From Ministeria vibrans ATCC 50519 (taxonomy: Eukaryota > Protista > Filasterea): DNA of 54,852 bases. A program made the translations under genes and the position numbers. Below the pieces are notes generated by a model. It worked only from the letters and a program-made list of their open reading frames with translations. It had not been told where the DNA came from and did not search any database. The stretch covers positions 1 through 54,852 of the forward strand of contig CALSCP010000760.1 of NCBI GenBank assembly GCA_943704425.1, in the 5' to 3' direction. Below are positions 1-12,411 of the stretch, one piece after another (the stretch's first letter is position 1; the number at the start of each line of letters is the position of its first letter).

Positions 1-7
1 AAGTGAT

Positions 8-56
<49 letters not shown>

Positions 57-104
57 GCTTCGCGTAAGCGCCAGCACCAGACACATACACTGATCTTGCG
101 TTAC

Positions 105-414
105 CTCCCACCAGTATGTCGCAACATCGCAAGCAACCTACAAAGTGCGAAAAGCGGATTTGAACTTAGCACAATGAAAAAAGAAGAAAAAAAAGGAGGA
201 AAAAACGACAAAAAGAGAGAGAGAAAGAGAGAAAATAGCAGCGTACGTTCCACGTAGGCTGCATGAAAGTGTCGACGAGGGTGCGCCAGGGCCCCAGGAA
301 GGTGCGCGACACAAGACGGTGCGTGGACGATGACAGCGTCTGCTGCTCTCCCGCCGCTTCCCTGTCCAGCACACTCTCCACCACTGCCGCGTCGTCGCTC
401 TTCTCCCCGCCCAT
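105..414 (-). CDS. 5' exons of an unknown protein (gene continues beyond the window start)
   Basis: ATG at 414 gives MGGEKSDDAA...QPTWN, then a GTACGC donor. A TTGTAG acceptor opens a 33-nt in-phase exon 137..105 (VACDVATYWWE) ending in a GTAACG donor. No family recognised. Confidence 0.45.
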
Positions 415-1235
415 AGACAAAGTGTTGAAGAAATGATATCAGATATAATAAAATAATTATAATAATTATTTTAGATTTCTATATGAAACGAAACGCAATG
501 ATTTGTATGTCACACTTGACGATCTCAAGAAAAAAGAAAACAAAAATGACCACTGTGGCATTGTCGTGATGTCGTCCCACTGAGCTCTGGGCGCCTCTGG
601 CAGTGCGTCGGGCGTTCTGGCTTCTGAGATCTGATATCAATTCATTGTTCACTTTCCAATCACAATGACTGGTCTTTCCCTGTCGCACTGAACGAAAGTC
701 GAAAGATGTCTACCAAGAAAACCCCCCCCACCACACCAAGAGTACTGTGAATCGATCGTTCCATCGTCGAATATTGTGTATTATTCAAAATTGATTTTGC
801 CTCGTGTGATTTGCACACTCAGCACATCGGCGCCGTGCATCGCACCACGTCCAACCTACGCAGTGTTAAAGCACGTTAGGATGTGGCGATCATACAAATC
901 TTCGGGGCCACAGTGTGTTTAAGGGCTCAAGAAGAAGAACTTTGATCGATTGTTGTAAAACTCACGCTCTCGCGAAAAAGACAAGCCGATAAGACGTGGG
1001 GAAGATTGAGTCGTTATCAGTATTAGGATTCGCGTTGGTTGGGACAGGCGGCGACGGCGCATTCGCGCGCGATTGTACCTTTTATCAGAAATAATATTTC
1101 CACAAATTTTTTTGTCTAAAAGTGGTCCGCGTTCGAGCCTGATCTCCGTTTATACACGCGTGGACATTGTAATATCTCAAAGCAGTATATTTCGAGAAAA
1201 GAGAAGGAGAAGAAAGAAAATCTGACTCAAAATCA

Positions 1236-1316
1236 NNNNNNNNNNNNNNNNNNNNNNNNNNNNNNNNNNNNNNNNNNNNNNNNNNNNNNNNNNNNNNNNN
1301 NNNNNNNNNNNNNNNN
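1236..1316. other. Assembly gap (other gaps: 16842-16851, 33742-33751, 49824-49833)
   Basis: N runs. Confidence 1.
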
Positions 1317-1566
1317 CTGCTTCAAAATTAAAATAAATTATAAATCTATTGCATTTCTAAACGTGCAATGATAATCACTGAGCTTCGTTGTGACTTCGTT
1401 GTAACTTCGTTGTGCACTGTGAGTCGGTGACCTTGTTACAACTTATATGATAGTGACTTTGCAAGGCAGTCTGGCTTGGTCGGTGTGACTGGTGAGTGAA
1501 CAGTAATAGTCGTGTTGTCTTCTTCCAATAAGAATTCACGTTTGTACATTGGCAGTGCCCCTTTCG

Positions 1567-2484
1567 TTACCCAATCCACCAATCCGCCCCAGTCGGCACC
1601 TGCTCAAAGCCAAGACGCACAAAGAGCGCCATGCTCTTAGAGTTGCCCTGAACCGCGTAACAGAAAACGTCGCGCTGTAGCTCGCGGAGTTTCTTGGCCA
1701 TCGCAATGACGACGGAGGCACCGATGCCTCGCCGGCGATGTGACTCCATCACAAACAACTGTCCCATGGCACCGTTGGGCTGGAGCAGAATCCAACCGAC
1801 GGTGCGATTGTCGACGCGTGCGCGGACGGTCGGCAGCGACTGGACGACACCTGCGGTCCACGAGAGCGTCGCCTCCGAGCCGTATGCCCACGTTCTGTTC
1901 ACCAGGTCTACATCACTGGCATCAAGTGAAGAAATTTCCACCTGCACGTCGTTCTCGCCAGATGGGAGCTGCACATGCTGAGCGAGAGTGTACACACTGC
2001 ACTGGACACGCTCGAGATGTGGGTATGGCAGAAGGAGCGGAGCCCAGCGGGTCGAGAGCCCTTCAATGAGAAACTTGGCAGAGTCCGTGGCGTCGTCGGT
2101 GTGCAGCGGCAAGGACCGCAGCAGCGTCCCCATGGCCGTGTCGTCGGCGGCGTCCAGCGTAAAGGCACAGCCGCGTTCGCCTTTTGCAATCATCACACCC
2201 ACAGCAACAATCGGTCCACTGTGCGCAGACGCCATTGGTGTAGCGGTCACGTCAGAGCAAAAGGGCACCTCGCTGGAGAGCCAGATGTCCCCTATCGCCG
2301 TCGTGTGTGCTGGCACATCGCTCTCCCTTCTTCTTCGCACCACAAATATTTTTGCGACCGAATGCCAATGAGAAGATTGCTCGCCCAACGTCTTGAGCAC
2401 ACCTCGCGTTGCCACGTTCCAATCAACGTCCGAACTGCCGAGTGGGTCAGCACCGACAGCGCTGATCTGGTGAAACGAGAACAT
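1567..2484 (-). CDS. GNAT-family acetyltransferase, FR47 / glycine-N-acyltransferase-like
   Basis: The C-terminal half has GAMGQLFVMESHRRRGIGASVV (acetyl-CoA binding R/Q-x-x-G-x-G/A motif) and GNSKSMALFVRLGF. The 5' end is uncertain: the ATG at 2484 lies in a pyrimidine tract ending in CAG that looks like an acceptor. Confidence 0.8.
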   Translation of the reverse strand: MFSFHQISAVGADPLGSSDVDWNVATRGVLKTLGEQSSHWHSVAKIFVVRRRRESDVPAHTTAIGDIWLSSEVPFCSDVTATPMASAHSGPIVAVGVMIAKGERGCAFTLDAADDTAMGTLLRSLPLHTDDATDSAKFLIEGLSTRWAPLLLPYPHLERVQCSVYTLAQHVQLPSGENDVQVEISSLDASDVDLVNRTWAYGSEATLSWTAGVVQSLPTVRARVDNRTVGWILLQPNGAMGQLFVMESHRRRGIGASVVIAMAKKLRELQRDVFCYAVQGNSKSMALFVRLGFEQVPTGADWWIG

Positions 2485-2609
2485 AAATTAACTAACTGAT
2501 TGGATTTATGCATTGAAATATGGATAATTGATTACGAGGAGTAATGATTAATGATTTGATTTGTTCAGTCACAAAATGGTTTCGTTAGGTGAGATACAAG
2601 TTGTTTACT

Positions 2610-3471
2610 CTACAGGGGGGGCATGGAGACAAAAGATGCCTGACGAAAGAAGGCGGTGGCATTTTCATTGCCCAGATCCGCCCAGTGTGTGGAGAAGGCG
2701 GGGTCGGTCGAAGGAAAGAGGCCGAGTCGACCGACGCGCAAATTGGCACCGTTCGCATACACATGACAGTTGCCCATGGAGACGGCCCTGTGCTTTGCTA
2801 AGGAGGGTCTATCGTGCATTTGCGGACAAATGTGGATGTCGGGGCCGCTGAAGCAGCTGGCATAGACGGTGTCGTCGCCAAAGGAAGGGAACATGTCGCT
2901 GAAGCCACCGTCGATCCACCCACTGCCATAGTGCATCCGCCCCGCCCAGACAGGGATGTAGGCACTGGCCAAAAGACTTTCAAGTAAGAAGTCTCGAGAG
3001 GGGAATTCCGTAACGCTCAAGCGTGCTTGAGGGGCAGGCGTCGTGACTGTCACAGCGACCTACACACACAAAAGACACAAAGAGAGAATGGAAGTCGAGC
3101 CATCAAACGGAAGGCATCCAACGGCGCACCTTGAGTCGCCCTGTACATGTAAAATGGGCATCTTCAGGGAGGATTTCGTCCATGTGGCGCCGAAGCGAGT
3201 GCATCAGAGCGCTGCCAGGCGCAAACACCCAACCGGGTTTGCCGCGCACTCGATCGCCCACACTCACACGATTCTTCAAGAGCGTCTCGACCACCTCCTT
3301 GCACGCATCCGAAGGAACCCCCGTCACCATGGCACATGCGACGAGGGCGCCTGCCGAAGCGCCCGCTGCGCGGAACGCAGCAATGGGAAACAGCGATTGT
3401 GCCGCACGCATCACCCCAACGTGATACGAGCCTAAAAAGCCCGCGCCCGAGAAGGACAGTGGAGGGATCAT
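2610..3471 (-). CDS. Patatin-like phospholipase / triacylglycerol lipase (PNPLA2/3/4-like), 2 exons
   Basis: LSFSGAGFLGSYHVGV oxyanion motif, GASAG nucleophile, SAYIP, and DGGFSD catalytic Asp. One intron (GTGCGC..GTGTAG) joins GRLK to VAVTV. Confidence 0.9.
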
Positions 3472-3599
3472 TTTTTCAAACCGTTGTCACTATAGTGCAA
3501 GTGTGTCAAAAGCCTTGGCACTGTTGACTTGGTCGTCGAGGAGTGAGTTGAGAGTCAAATAAAAAATTAGTGAAGTTAGCTCAATATATTTTTGTATAC

Positions 3600-5558
3600 A
3601 TGGCGAAGGACCTTACTCGAGCGTCGTCTCTTGACCTACCAACTGCCGTAGGCAGTTCTGGCCTTGATCCCAGGTCCGAGTCAAGACGATCGTCCGTTGT
3701 ACCAGTTGCCATCGCAACCAAACCATTTTTCCGGCTTACCACTCCTCCCTCGTCGGCGGGCGCTCACTACCAACTGTCCGCCGTGGTAGTGACCTGGAAC
3801 ATGTGTGAATTGGTACGCCACAGCTTCATATAGTACCCCAAATTTCCTCTATATAAATTTACCGTCTTCGACTTATCGCCCAATGGCTCAGAGTGAAATT
3901 GACGACGCACAGCTCGAGCAGCTTCTGCTCGACGACGTTTCCATCGACCTCTATGCCATTGGCACCCAAGAATCCGGAATGAATCGCAAGACGTGGCCCA
4001 CACAGTTGTGTGAGGCGGTAAATCGACGTTGTACGTACACATCGGACAGCAGTCATGAGGACAGTGCATTCCGTCTTCTCTCCGCTTGCTCCATGGGCGC
4101 CATCCATCTTGTGGTGCTCATACGTGCTCGACTCGAACCGTTTGTCTCGTGCATTGAAACCGGCCAAGTGCCGACGGGCCTTGCCAATGTCGTTGCCAAC
4201 AAGGTGAACATGGCGCAATATTGACACAGACTGACATCAAAATTACATCTTAACTAACGTATTTTTGTTATTTTTTTCTTTTGTTCGTACCGATCGCGAG
4301 TAGGGAGGCGTCGCGGTTGCGTTTAAATTGCGTGGCACAAGCTTCCTGTTTATCAATGCTCACTTGGCGGCGCACCAGAGCAAAGTGGACGAGCGCAACA
4401 GCGACTACCGGCGCATCTGTCGCTCTCTTCGCCTCCCACACATTCTCTTCACCCACTCCGAGCACACCCTTGAAACGGCGCCCAGGCAGCAAACTAGTGG
4501 GGCGTCGACGTCGATGGAGCAGTCGGAGCAGTCGGCCAGTACGGAGACGCTTCAAGAAGAGGTCGACGGCGAGGCCACCGAGCCCGCCAAAAACACTGCC
4601 CGTCGCCAGCGCAGCTTCGGCAGTAGCTTCTTTCTGTTGGGTTCGACGGGACGACGTGCCGCCGCACTGCGCCGCTCTGCGTCCCAGATGAGTTTAGACG
4701 TGGGGGGCAGTGGCCATGGAGATGTGACAGAGCGCTACGATGTTGTGTTCTTCTTTGGCGACCTCAATTATCGTATCAATGGGAATCGGCGCTGTGTCGA
4801 TGCACTCATTGGTTCACAAATGGCCGAAGTAATGCTGCACAACGACCAGTTGAATCGAGCACGGGCGGCGCAGGAGGTCCTGGCGGGCTTTGATGAGGCA
4901 GAAATACACTTTGCGCCGACGTACAAGTATGATCGCGGAAGGGATGTGTACGACACAAGCGACAAAGTGCGCATTCCGTCGTACACCGACCGCATTCTGT
5001 TCCGCGAGCGACGCGTCAAAACGCAGCGCGAACACGAAACGGAAGCAGCAGGGGGTCGTGTGATGAACCGAAGCACGACCATTCGGGAGGAGGGCGAGAG
5101 CGATGAGGAAGGCGCAAAGTGGATTGAGATGGAGCCGGAGAGTGTTAGTGTGACGGGGTCGTTCGAGGACGAATTTGTGGAGGACCTCAAGGTAAAGCAT
5201 ACGACTCAAGCCTAACTGTCGTTGTGTGTTGTATGTAAATGTGAATATTATGACTGTTTTTGTAACGTTTTATTTATTTGTATAGGGGAGTTCAACTGAC
5301 AGTGGGGAGTCAATGGGTTATGGTTCGGATGCATTGAGTGACGTCGATCGACAGATTGGCGTGCACTCGTATGAGGCAGTACAAGAGTTGAGGGTGTCTG
5401 ACCATCGGCCGGTGCGCGCGCATTTCACTGTGAAACTGGCACATTTGCGACAACGACATGAGCGACATCGCCAGGCCGAGTGTGCGCATCTCGAGCGAGA
5501 AATTAAAGCCAAGAAGCTTGGTCAGACCACTCAGAGCTCCCTGTGCACCATCTTATGA
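3600..5558 (+). CDS. INPP5E: Inositol polyphosphate 5-phosphatase, INPP5E-like, 4 exons
   Basis: Motifs VVTWNM, AIGTQE, NK|GGV, FLFINAHL, FFGDLNYR, PTYKYD, PSYTDRILF and SDHRPV. C-terminal CaaX box CTIL then TGA. Introns are phase-consistent. Confidence 0.88.
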
Positions 5559-5619
5559 CGTATGAGTGGTAAATCGCCTCAAATATATATATATATGTAA
5601 CAATTGATACAATATGACT

Positions 5620-5652
<33 letters not shown>

Positions 5653-5820
5653 TTATCTGAACTATGAACTAAGAAAGCAACGTCTCAACACTGAGTTAAC
5701 TCTTCATTCACTCTGTACACTTTAATTAATTTTATTGCTCTGTACCGCACGCGCTCCCCCCTCTCTCTCTTTCTCGCTCTGTAACATCCCTCATTGGCGG
5801 ACCCTGCTGCTGTACTACGG

Positions 5821-8800
5821 ATGAGTGCACAGGCGCCCAGGGACAGCGCTGGCAGCACCCGGTCGAGCGGTCACTTGTCGGCGACGCTCCCGCTCAATTC
5901 GCTCGAGGACACCCTCAATGTCCGCATGCCTCCGGTATGTTCTTGCGCTGCTTCCCTCCCACGCGCCCTCTCTTCCTCTCTCGTCCTTCCCTGATGTCTT
6001 CTTTACGCTTGTTTATGTCCAAAATGCTCTTTTTGTCCCGCTGAAGCCCCTCGAATGCTCAGCTCCTTCAATGGCAGCCTCTTGAGCATTACTTGGCATG
6101 TATTTGTCAAACCTCAGAGTCCCTCCTTTCCACTACAGATTTTGTGTCTCCTTTTTGTTTCTTTTCGAATCTTTTTTTTTTTTTTTTGGAAAACTTGCAC
6201 CCACAAAATGTCCTTTGCGACTCTCCCATCGCACCGCCACCTGTGGCACCCAACTCTACTGGGCTTCAACCGTCATTTTCACTCGTGTCGTCGCGCCCCG
6301 TCGTCGTTTCGCGGCGCACTGGCCTTCCGTTTGCGCCGACCTGTCGAAAGGGAAAACTTCTCTGTGTGTGGTCACTCACTCCCCCGCTGCTTCGTCCGCT
6401 TTCTCTTCTCCAGAACGAACATTTCAAGTCGCGGTATGTCCGGCTCGTCGATGCCGAGCTTCTCATGTGGGCCTCAAGCGAGCCGGTAGGAACTTTTAGT
6501 GACCGCTCCAGCCTTTCTTTGCTCATTCGTCTCTCTCTCCCTCTCTCTCTCGCCCCACAGCTCCACAAACCGTCAGTACGACTCTCCTTGTCCGGCGCCC
6601 AAATCTCCTTTCCGGACACCAAGGCGGCCGCTGCAGCAAGCGCCACTTCGACCACGGTGATAACCACCTCGTTTATTTTGTGCACTGCCAACGAGTACAC
6701 GTACGAGCTGCAGACGCGCGACGAGCGCGCCATGAGTCAGTGGGTTGCGTCGCTCATGAAGGTCATCTCCAGCCTTGAACCCGCCTCGCCTTTACCCAGT
6801 TCCTCGCCTGCAAACTTGCGAAAATTGGTACTCACGCCAGGCGGCCCTTCGCGTGGCTCCTCGCGTGGCTCCTCTCCCGCACCAAACGCTACTCCTCCCA
6901 TGTCACCTTCCGCCTCGTCCACCGCCTCCTCGTCGTCGTCTACATCCGTCACACGTGGACCCAGCTTCAACAAAATGCTCACCAGGCTCAAACGTCTCGG
7001 AGGCAAGGGTCACCATAGTCAGCCGCAATCCCCTCAACTGCAACAACAACAAGCTCCACACCAAAAGTCATCCCTCAAACTTCAGCAGCAGCAACAACAG
7101 CAGCAACGCCAACAACAACGATCCGTCTTTCACGCCTACGCTCCCCATCCGCAACATGGCACAGGCACTGCGTCACGCGACAAGCAACATGTTCGCGCCT
7201 CGGACCCTGCCAAGCAATTGCCCACCACACAGTATCTTCAATCGACACACTCAAAGCTCAAAATCTCCCCAAGCATGCCTCGTCGCTCTATGATGACGTC
7301 GCGCAAGAAGTCTCGTGGTGTCCTTGCACGTGGACTCGGCGATTGTTTTATGTGCCTGCGCGACCTGTCGGCTCTCGGACGCGCCAATGCGCGCGTCGAG
7401 TGCTACGGTGGTGCCACCGTGCTTTTGGATTTGGTGTGTAAACTTGAAATGTGCATGCGACTGGGCGAGGACGATGTGGTGCGCTTTCGCATGACCAAGC
7501 CCATCAAGGGCTTTGCCGAGGCGGTCATTTCCCTCGTCGACACCACCGACACTCTCTACCTCACGGTCGACCCCGCCACTCCGTGGGACTCGCGACACAT
7601 CACGGCGATTCGCAACGCAATGGTTGCGCTGCAACAGTGCGTGCGTGAAGTCTCGGCCGACGCCGCCGACGAGTTCGCCTCGGTGACCGTGCGTGACGAA
7701 GCAACCTCGAACAGTCGACATCGGCGTACACTCTCCAACGAACTCGACACGTTTCTTCGTCGCAACTCGCTCATGCAAGACTTTGGCGTCGCCTCACCCT
7801 CCGAACTTGTGCCCGCTGCGGGCGTTCAGTCGTCCTTCACCGCCGACGACACGCCCGTCGAGACCCACTTGAAACACACGCGCGCTCGGTCCCGCAGTAT
7901 TGCCTCCGTCTACCAACACAACGCCCAACAAACACGCAACGTCATCCCTGAGCATCCCGAAGACAATCTCGATGCCATCCACGAGACCACGGCCCCCGGG
8001 TCAACATCGAGCATGGCAGCAACAACGGATGTCATCGCCGCTTCCAAACGTTTCTCCACTCCTCTCATCAACTTTCTTGACAACACAACGGCGCGCAGCA
8101 GCGACACCATGTCCATTCTCATGTCGTCGTCTGCTGTCTTCTCGCGTCTCTCCGAAGCGGACCTCATGAACAGCAAGGCACGTCGCTCATCTACCACACC
8201 CGACCGTCTGTCCATGTCGAGCGATCGTCTTTCCACCGCTAGCGTGTCGCTCGAAGTGCCTGCCATGACCTCACCTCGCTCGGTGCCGTCGACACCACAC
8301 TTTCTCACGCCTCAGGCAAGCGTCGAGAGCAACGAGTCGTACGATGACGTCGAAGAGGCGCTCGCCATGGATGAATTGCTTGAGATGGAGATTGCCGCAA
8401 CGCAAAAAGCGGACGGCGAGGTCACAGAGGAGGAAATTCTTGCGCAGGATGCGGCCGCCAAAGTTGCCCGTCGTCGCATTCGACCACTCTCGGCGCGTGT
8501 CATCCGTCGTAGTCTCAGCTGCGACGAGCCCATTGGCGATGCGACCTTTGAGGCGACACTCGACACTCACATCCCCGAGGAAGAGGAGGAAGTCGAGCGA
8601 CTGTGCAAGGAGGAGGAAGAGACCGTTGGCGATGCGCCCCTGATCATTAGCACAGGGTCACCGAGTGCCACAACAATGGACATGACCGAAGCACTCACGG
8701 CCGAACCTATTCACATGCATTCTCGACTCACCACGGGAAGTTACGAGAACATCAGCTCGAGTAGTACATCGGCAGCTGTCGCATCCGACGCCTCAAATGC

Positions 8801-9442
8801 TAGTCAGAATGACAATTCAAGTGCCACCGGCGACGACGACACAATGACAGGTCGTGGGGGACGCTCGTCGTTTGGCGACGACAGTGTCGTCTCGTCGACC
8901 GACACAAGTGTTTCGCACCTGCTTGCGTCCTCTACCATATGCAGCCAAGGGGTGTTCTCCGACGACGAGACGGTCGTGCGCAAGTCAACCAAGATCCATC
9001 GCAAGACGAGACGGTCGCACACCATTATTGGCAATGGCGAGGCACGTCGTTCGGTGATTCTCGATGACCTCGACAAGCGACTGTCGTTCATTGCGAGTGC
9101 AAGCGAAGGCGGTGGTGCCGACAGTGATGCGGACAAGGAGCAGGAGACGAAGGAGAAGAAGGAAGACTGCGACAGCGTTGCGGCAGCAGCCGTTGCTGCA
9201 CTCGAGCTGGACGCGACCACCACGGAGACGGACGACAAGACACACAATGGCAAGGCAGCTCAGTTGCTCTTAACACCCATTCCCAATGAACCTGATTACT
9301 CGTCGTCGGCGGGGGTCTTTTCAGATGGCGAATACCCTGATGTTGTCGAGGAGGCCGTGGTCACAGCGAACGCCACAACACCTCCCTCCGCAGCCAATGC
9401 CATGCTGGCGCCTGACTCGGACTTGGAAGAGCACGCAGATGC

Positions 9443-9473
<31 letters not shown>

Positions 9474-12101
9474 GAAGAAATTGATGCGGTTTCCCCCGGT
9501 GGCACGACGACAACCACCAGAACGGTGCGGAAGAAGAAGAGTCAACGAGTGTCACAACATGTGTATGACGAAGTGGAAAACCTGGTGACACCTGAAGTGT
9601 TGCGTGTTGCGGCCGCTCGCGCGCAGAATCCCAACACGACCAGCTTGTGTTTGCCCGACAACGACTCATCGTCCGAATCAGATGATGAAACATCGGCCGA
9701 GAAGGAGGTGAAGAAGGTTGCGGCCGAGGCGGCGAAGTACAAGGACGTCCTTATCCTGGCACGTCCCTTGCCGCCACTGCCCGACTCCGACGACGACGAC
9801 GGTGGCGGCGGGGGCGGCGGTGGTTGTGGTGGCGGTGCAGGAGACCATCATCATCATCATCATCATCATTACCACGGTGGTGGTGGTGGTGGTAGTGGAC
9901 ACCATGGTGCCGATGGATCGTCAGGGACACCGCCGATGCCCAAGCCGCGCACGAAGAAGCACAGCCGAGCTATGGAGCTTGTTCGTGGCGCTGTCAAGGG
10001 CAACAGCGACAAGGACAAAGGTGGCAAAGGGTCCAGTGGGAAGATTTATGGGAACAGCAAGACGGCCGGCGTGGGCGAGGCCAAGATGGGGCCTGTTGCG
10101 AAGTACTACTCGCCGCTCATGGTCACGGAGATCATTGAGGGAATCTCAACCAAAACGGTCAAGGGCGGGACACTGGATGCGCTTGTGCGCTACCTGACGT
10201 CGCGCGCCGACAGTGATTTTGTCAACTGCTTTCTCACCACCTACCGCTCGATGGTGTCGCCCGAAATGTTCCTCGAGAAGCTCATTGAGCGCTATCGCGA
10301 GCCGCTCGACAACGACCTGACGTCCACCGAGATCCAAATGCTTACCATCAACGTTCTCATCAAGTTTGCCACTGGAAGTTGGGAGGACTTCACCGACGAC
10401 ATGCTCTCCTCGTTGCTGCGTCCTTTCATCTACTCCGTCATGCGCCAGGGCAATGTCGCGCTGGTCGGCCGACTGCGCAACGCCGTCATGGCCCAGCGCT
10501 GTCCCGAGCTGAGCACGCAGAAGCACCAGCTGGCCCAGTCGCGTCCTCCTCAGCCCATTGTCCCGTACGATATTGCTACACGACCTCCTCTCGATCTCTT
10601 TGAGGTCTCCAGCGAAGAACTTGCTCGTCAGATCACTGTCGTCGACAACAAACTCTACCGTCAAATCAACGTAAATTAATTATATTATTTTATTCTTATT
10701 CTTATTCTTATATTATTATTATAATTATATTTTTATGTTTTTGTCCGTCTGTTTTTGATAATTATACTGTTTTTGTCTTTAGGTTTCTGAGTTGTTGGAG
10801 TGGAACAAAGAACAAAGTCGCGAGCGGTCGCCGAATGTGTTTGAACTCATTGACCGAAGCAACCGAATGACATGGTGGTAAGGACAAGTGGAGAATACTG
10901 GAGAGCTTTCGGATTGAGAAGAGATTGCTTAATTTACCTCCTTGTTATGGTTGTAGGGTCGTGGACAACATTTTGTCGTATGATACGGCTCAACAGCGCG
11001 CAAAGATGATGGGCAAAATGGTCGCAATTGCGCGCGTAAAAAAAAAAAAAAAAAAAATAGATAGATACTAAGTTAGTGTTCGGGTTATAATAATATTATT
11101 GACTCTATCTCTCTCTCTCTCTTATTATTAGTATCTGTACAAACTGAACAACTGTAATTCACTTGTGGCTGTTGTGGCTGGCCTCAACTCATCTGCAATC
11201 ACTCGTCTCAAGAAAACGCTCGCTGAACAGCCCAAACTTGATCGGTATTTTTTTTAAAAAAAAACAAGAAGGCGATTGAATTTGGATGGTATTGATACTA
11301 ATATATTTTAATATATATATATTCCTGCAATGGTTATATTTTTTAGAGAGTTGTTGAAAAAGTTTGAGCTTCTGATGGATTCGAGTCATTCGATGAAGAA
11401 CTACCGTGACTTTATCACGACAGTGAAACCGCCGTGTGTTCCCTGGCTGTAAGAACGAAGCGAGAGACAGCGAGAAGGAGAGAGGAGGGAGAAAGAACCA
11501 AAGTGATAGAGAGAGAAACAAAGCGAGAGACGTAGAGAGAGAGAAACAAATGGAGACCCAAAAATTGAGAGACGGTAGTGTCGTGGGCAGTGTTAGTTTG
11601 TGATTGTGAAAACGACAACTCACTCTAGTATGTGAAGTAGAAGTTGCTTAAATGGGGTTTTGACATGTCTTGATGTTTGTAGGGGGGTGTCACTCAAGGA
11701 CATTACATTCACATTGGACGGAAACAGCGACTGGATTGGTCCGTCCGACGGGCGAATTATCAACTTCCAGAAGCGACGCTTTCTCTATAACATTGTGCAG
11801 GACATTCGCACATTTCAACTTGAGTAGGATTTTGAATGTGTCGTTGATTGGGTATGTAACTAACATGGGGGGGTTTTTTTTGTATTATTGTAGGTCTTAC
11901 GTGCTCACTGAAGTCCCGCAACTGATTAAGCTTTTTAACGAATTTAAACACCGAACTCCCGACGTACGTTTTGTCTCTCAACCCTCTGTCCTCTTTTACA
12001 CACACAAAAAAAGAAACTAACACTCCAACACGTAGGAATTGTATGAGCGCTCTCTTGTGGTTGAGCCCCGAGAAAGTAAAGCTCCTCGTCCTGTACATTA
12101 A
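5821..12101 (+). CDS. Large multi-exon RasGEF: N-terminal PH domain, long disordered region, REM and CDC25 domains
   Basis: PH: FKSRYVRL...YELQTRDERAMSQWVASL. REM: VKGGTLDALV...FLTTYRSMVSPEMFLEKLIERY. CDC25: SEELARQIT, LNNCNSL, PPCVPWL|GVSLKDITF, INFQKR, LYERSLVVEPR, with TAA at 12099-12101. First exons are uncertain. Confidence 0.88.
11455..11555 (+). repeat. Degenerate copy of the compound satellite
   Basis: GAAAGAACCAAAGTGATAGAGAGAGAAACAAAG in an intron of the PH-RasGEF. Confidence 0.7.
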
Positions 12102-12209
12102 TAAAATCGAACACTTAACTAATTATTATTATTATTAAATTTTTATCATTTTCTTTCAAAAACAGGTAATATCCTTCTGTTTCGTATTGTTACATCATTG
12201 CTGTTCCTC

Positions 12210-12375
12210 TCACGAATGGCGTGACATAACACTCTTTCGATAACGAACAATCACAGCGTCAATCGGATCGTGAGTAAAGTCCAGTGGAATCGAACACCTG
12301 CTCATTGGACCCGAAAACGAGTTTGCTACACAACATATGCACAAAACGTTTGTGTGAGAAACAATAAAACAAATA

Positions 12376-12411
<36 letters not shown>

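Noticed and set aside
700-1000. Possible small spliced gene starting MSTKKPPPP at 707
   Set aside because: The frames I tried close quickly and show no recognisable motif.
1121-1170. GTTCGAGCC B-box-like motif and a weak hairpin
   Set aside because: No cloverleaf, A-box or acceptor stem could be built, so it is not called a tRNA or ncRNA.
1382-1414. Three 11-bp repeats ACTTCGTTGTR; similar short arrays at 18140-18195 and 41680-41725
   Set aside because: Local tandem duplications with no spacers and no cas genes, so not CRISPR.
6093-6412. N-terminus of the 1528-aa ORF
   Set aside because: Poly-T and pyrimidine tracts ending in CAG indicate read-through of intron sequence. The same applies to 6486-6560 and 38703-38756.
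9801-9910. Gly/His-rich tract as a metal-binding domain
   Set aside because: It is encoded by GGY/CAT triplet runs in a genome full of microsatellite expansions.
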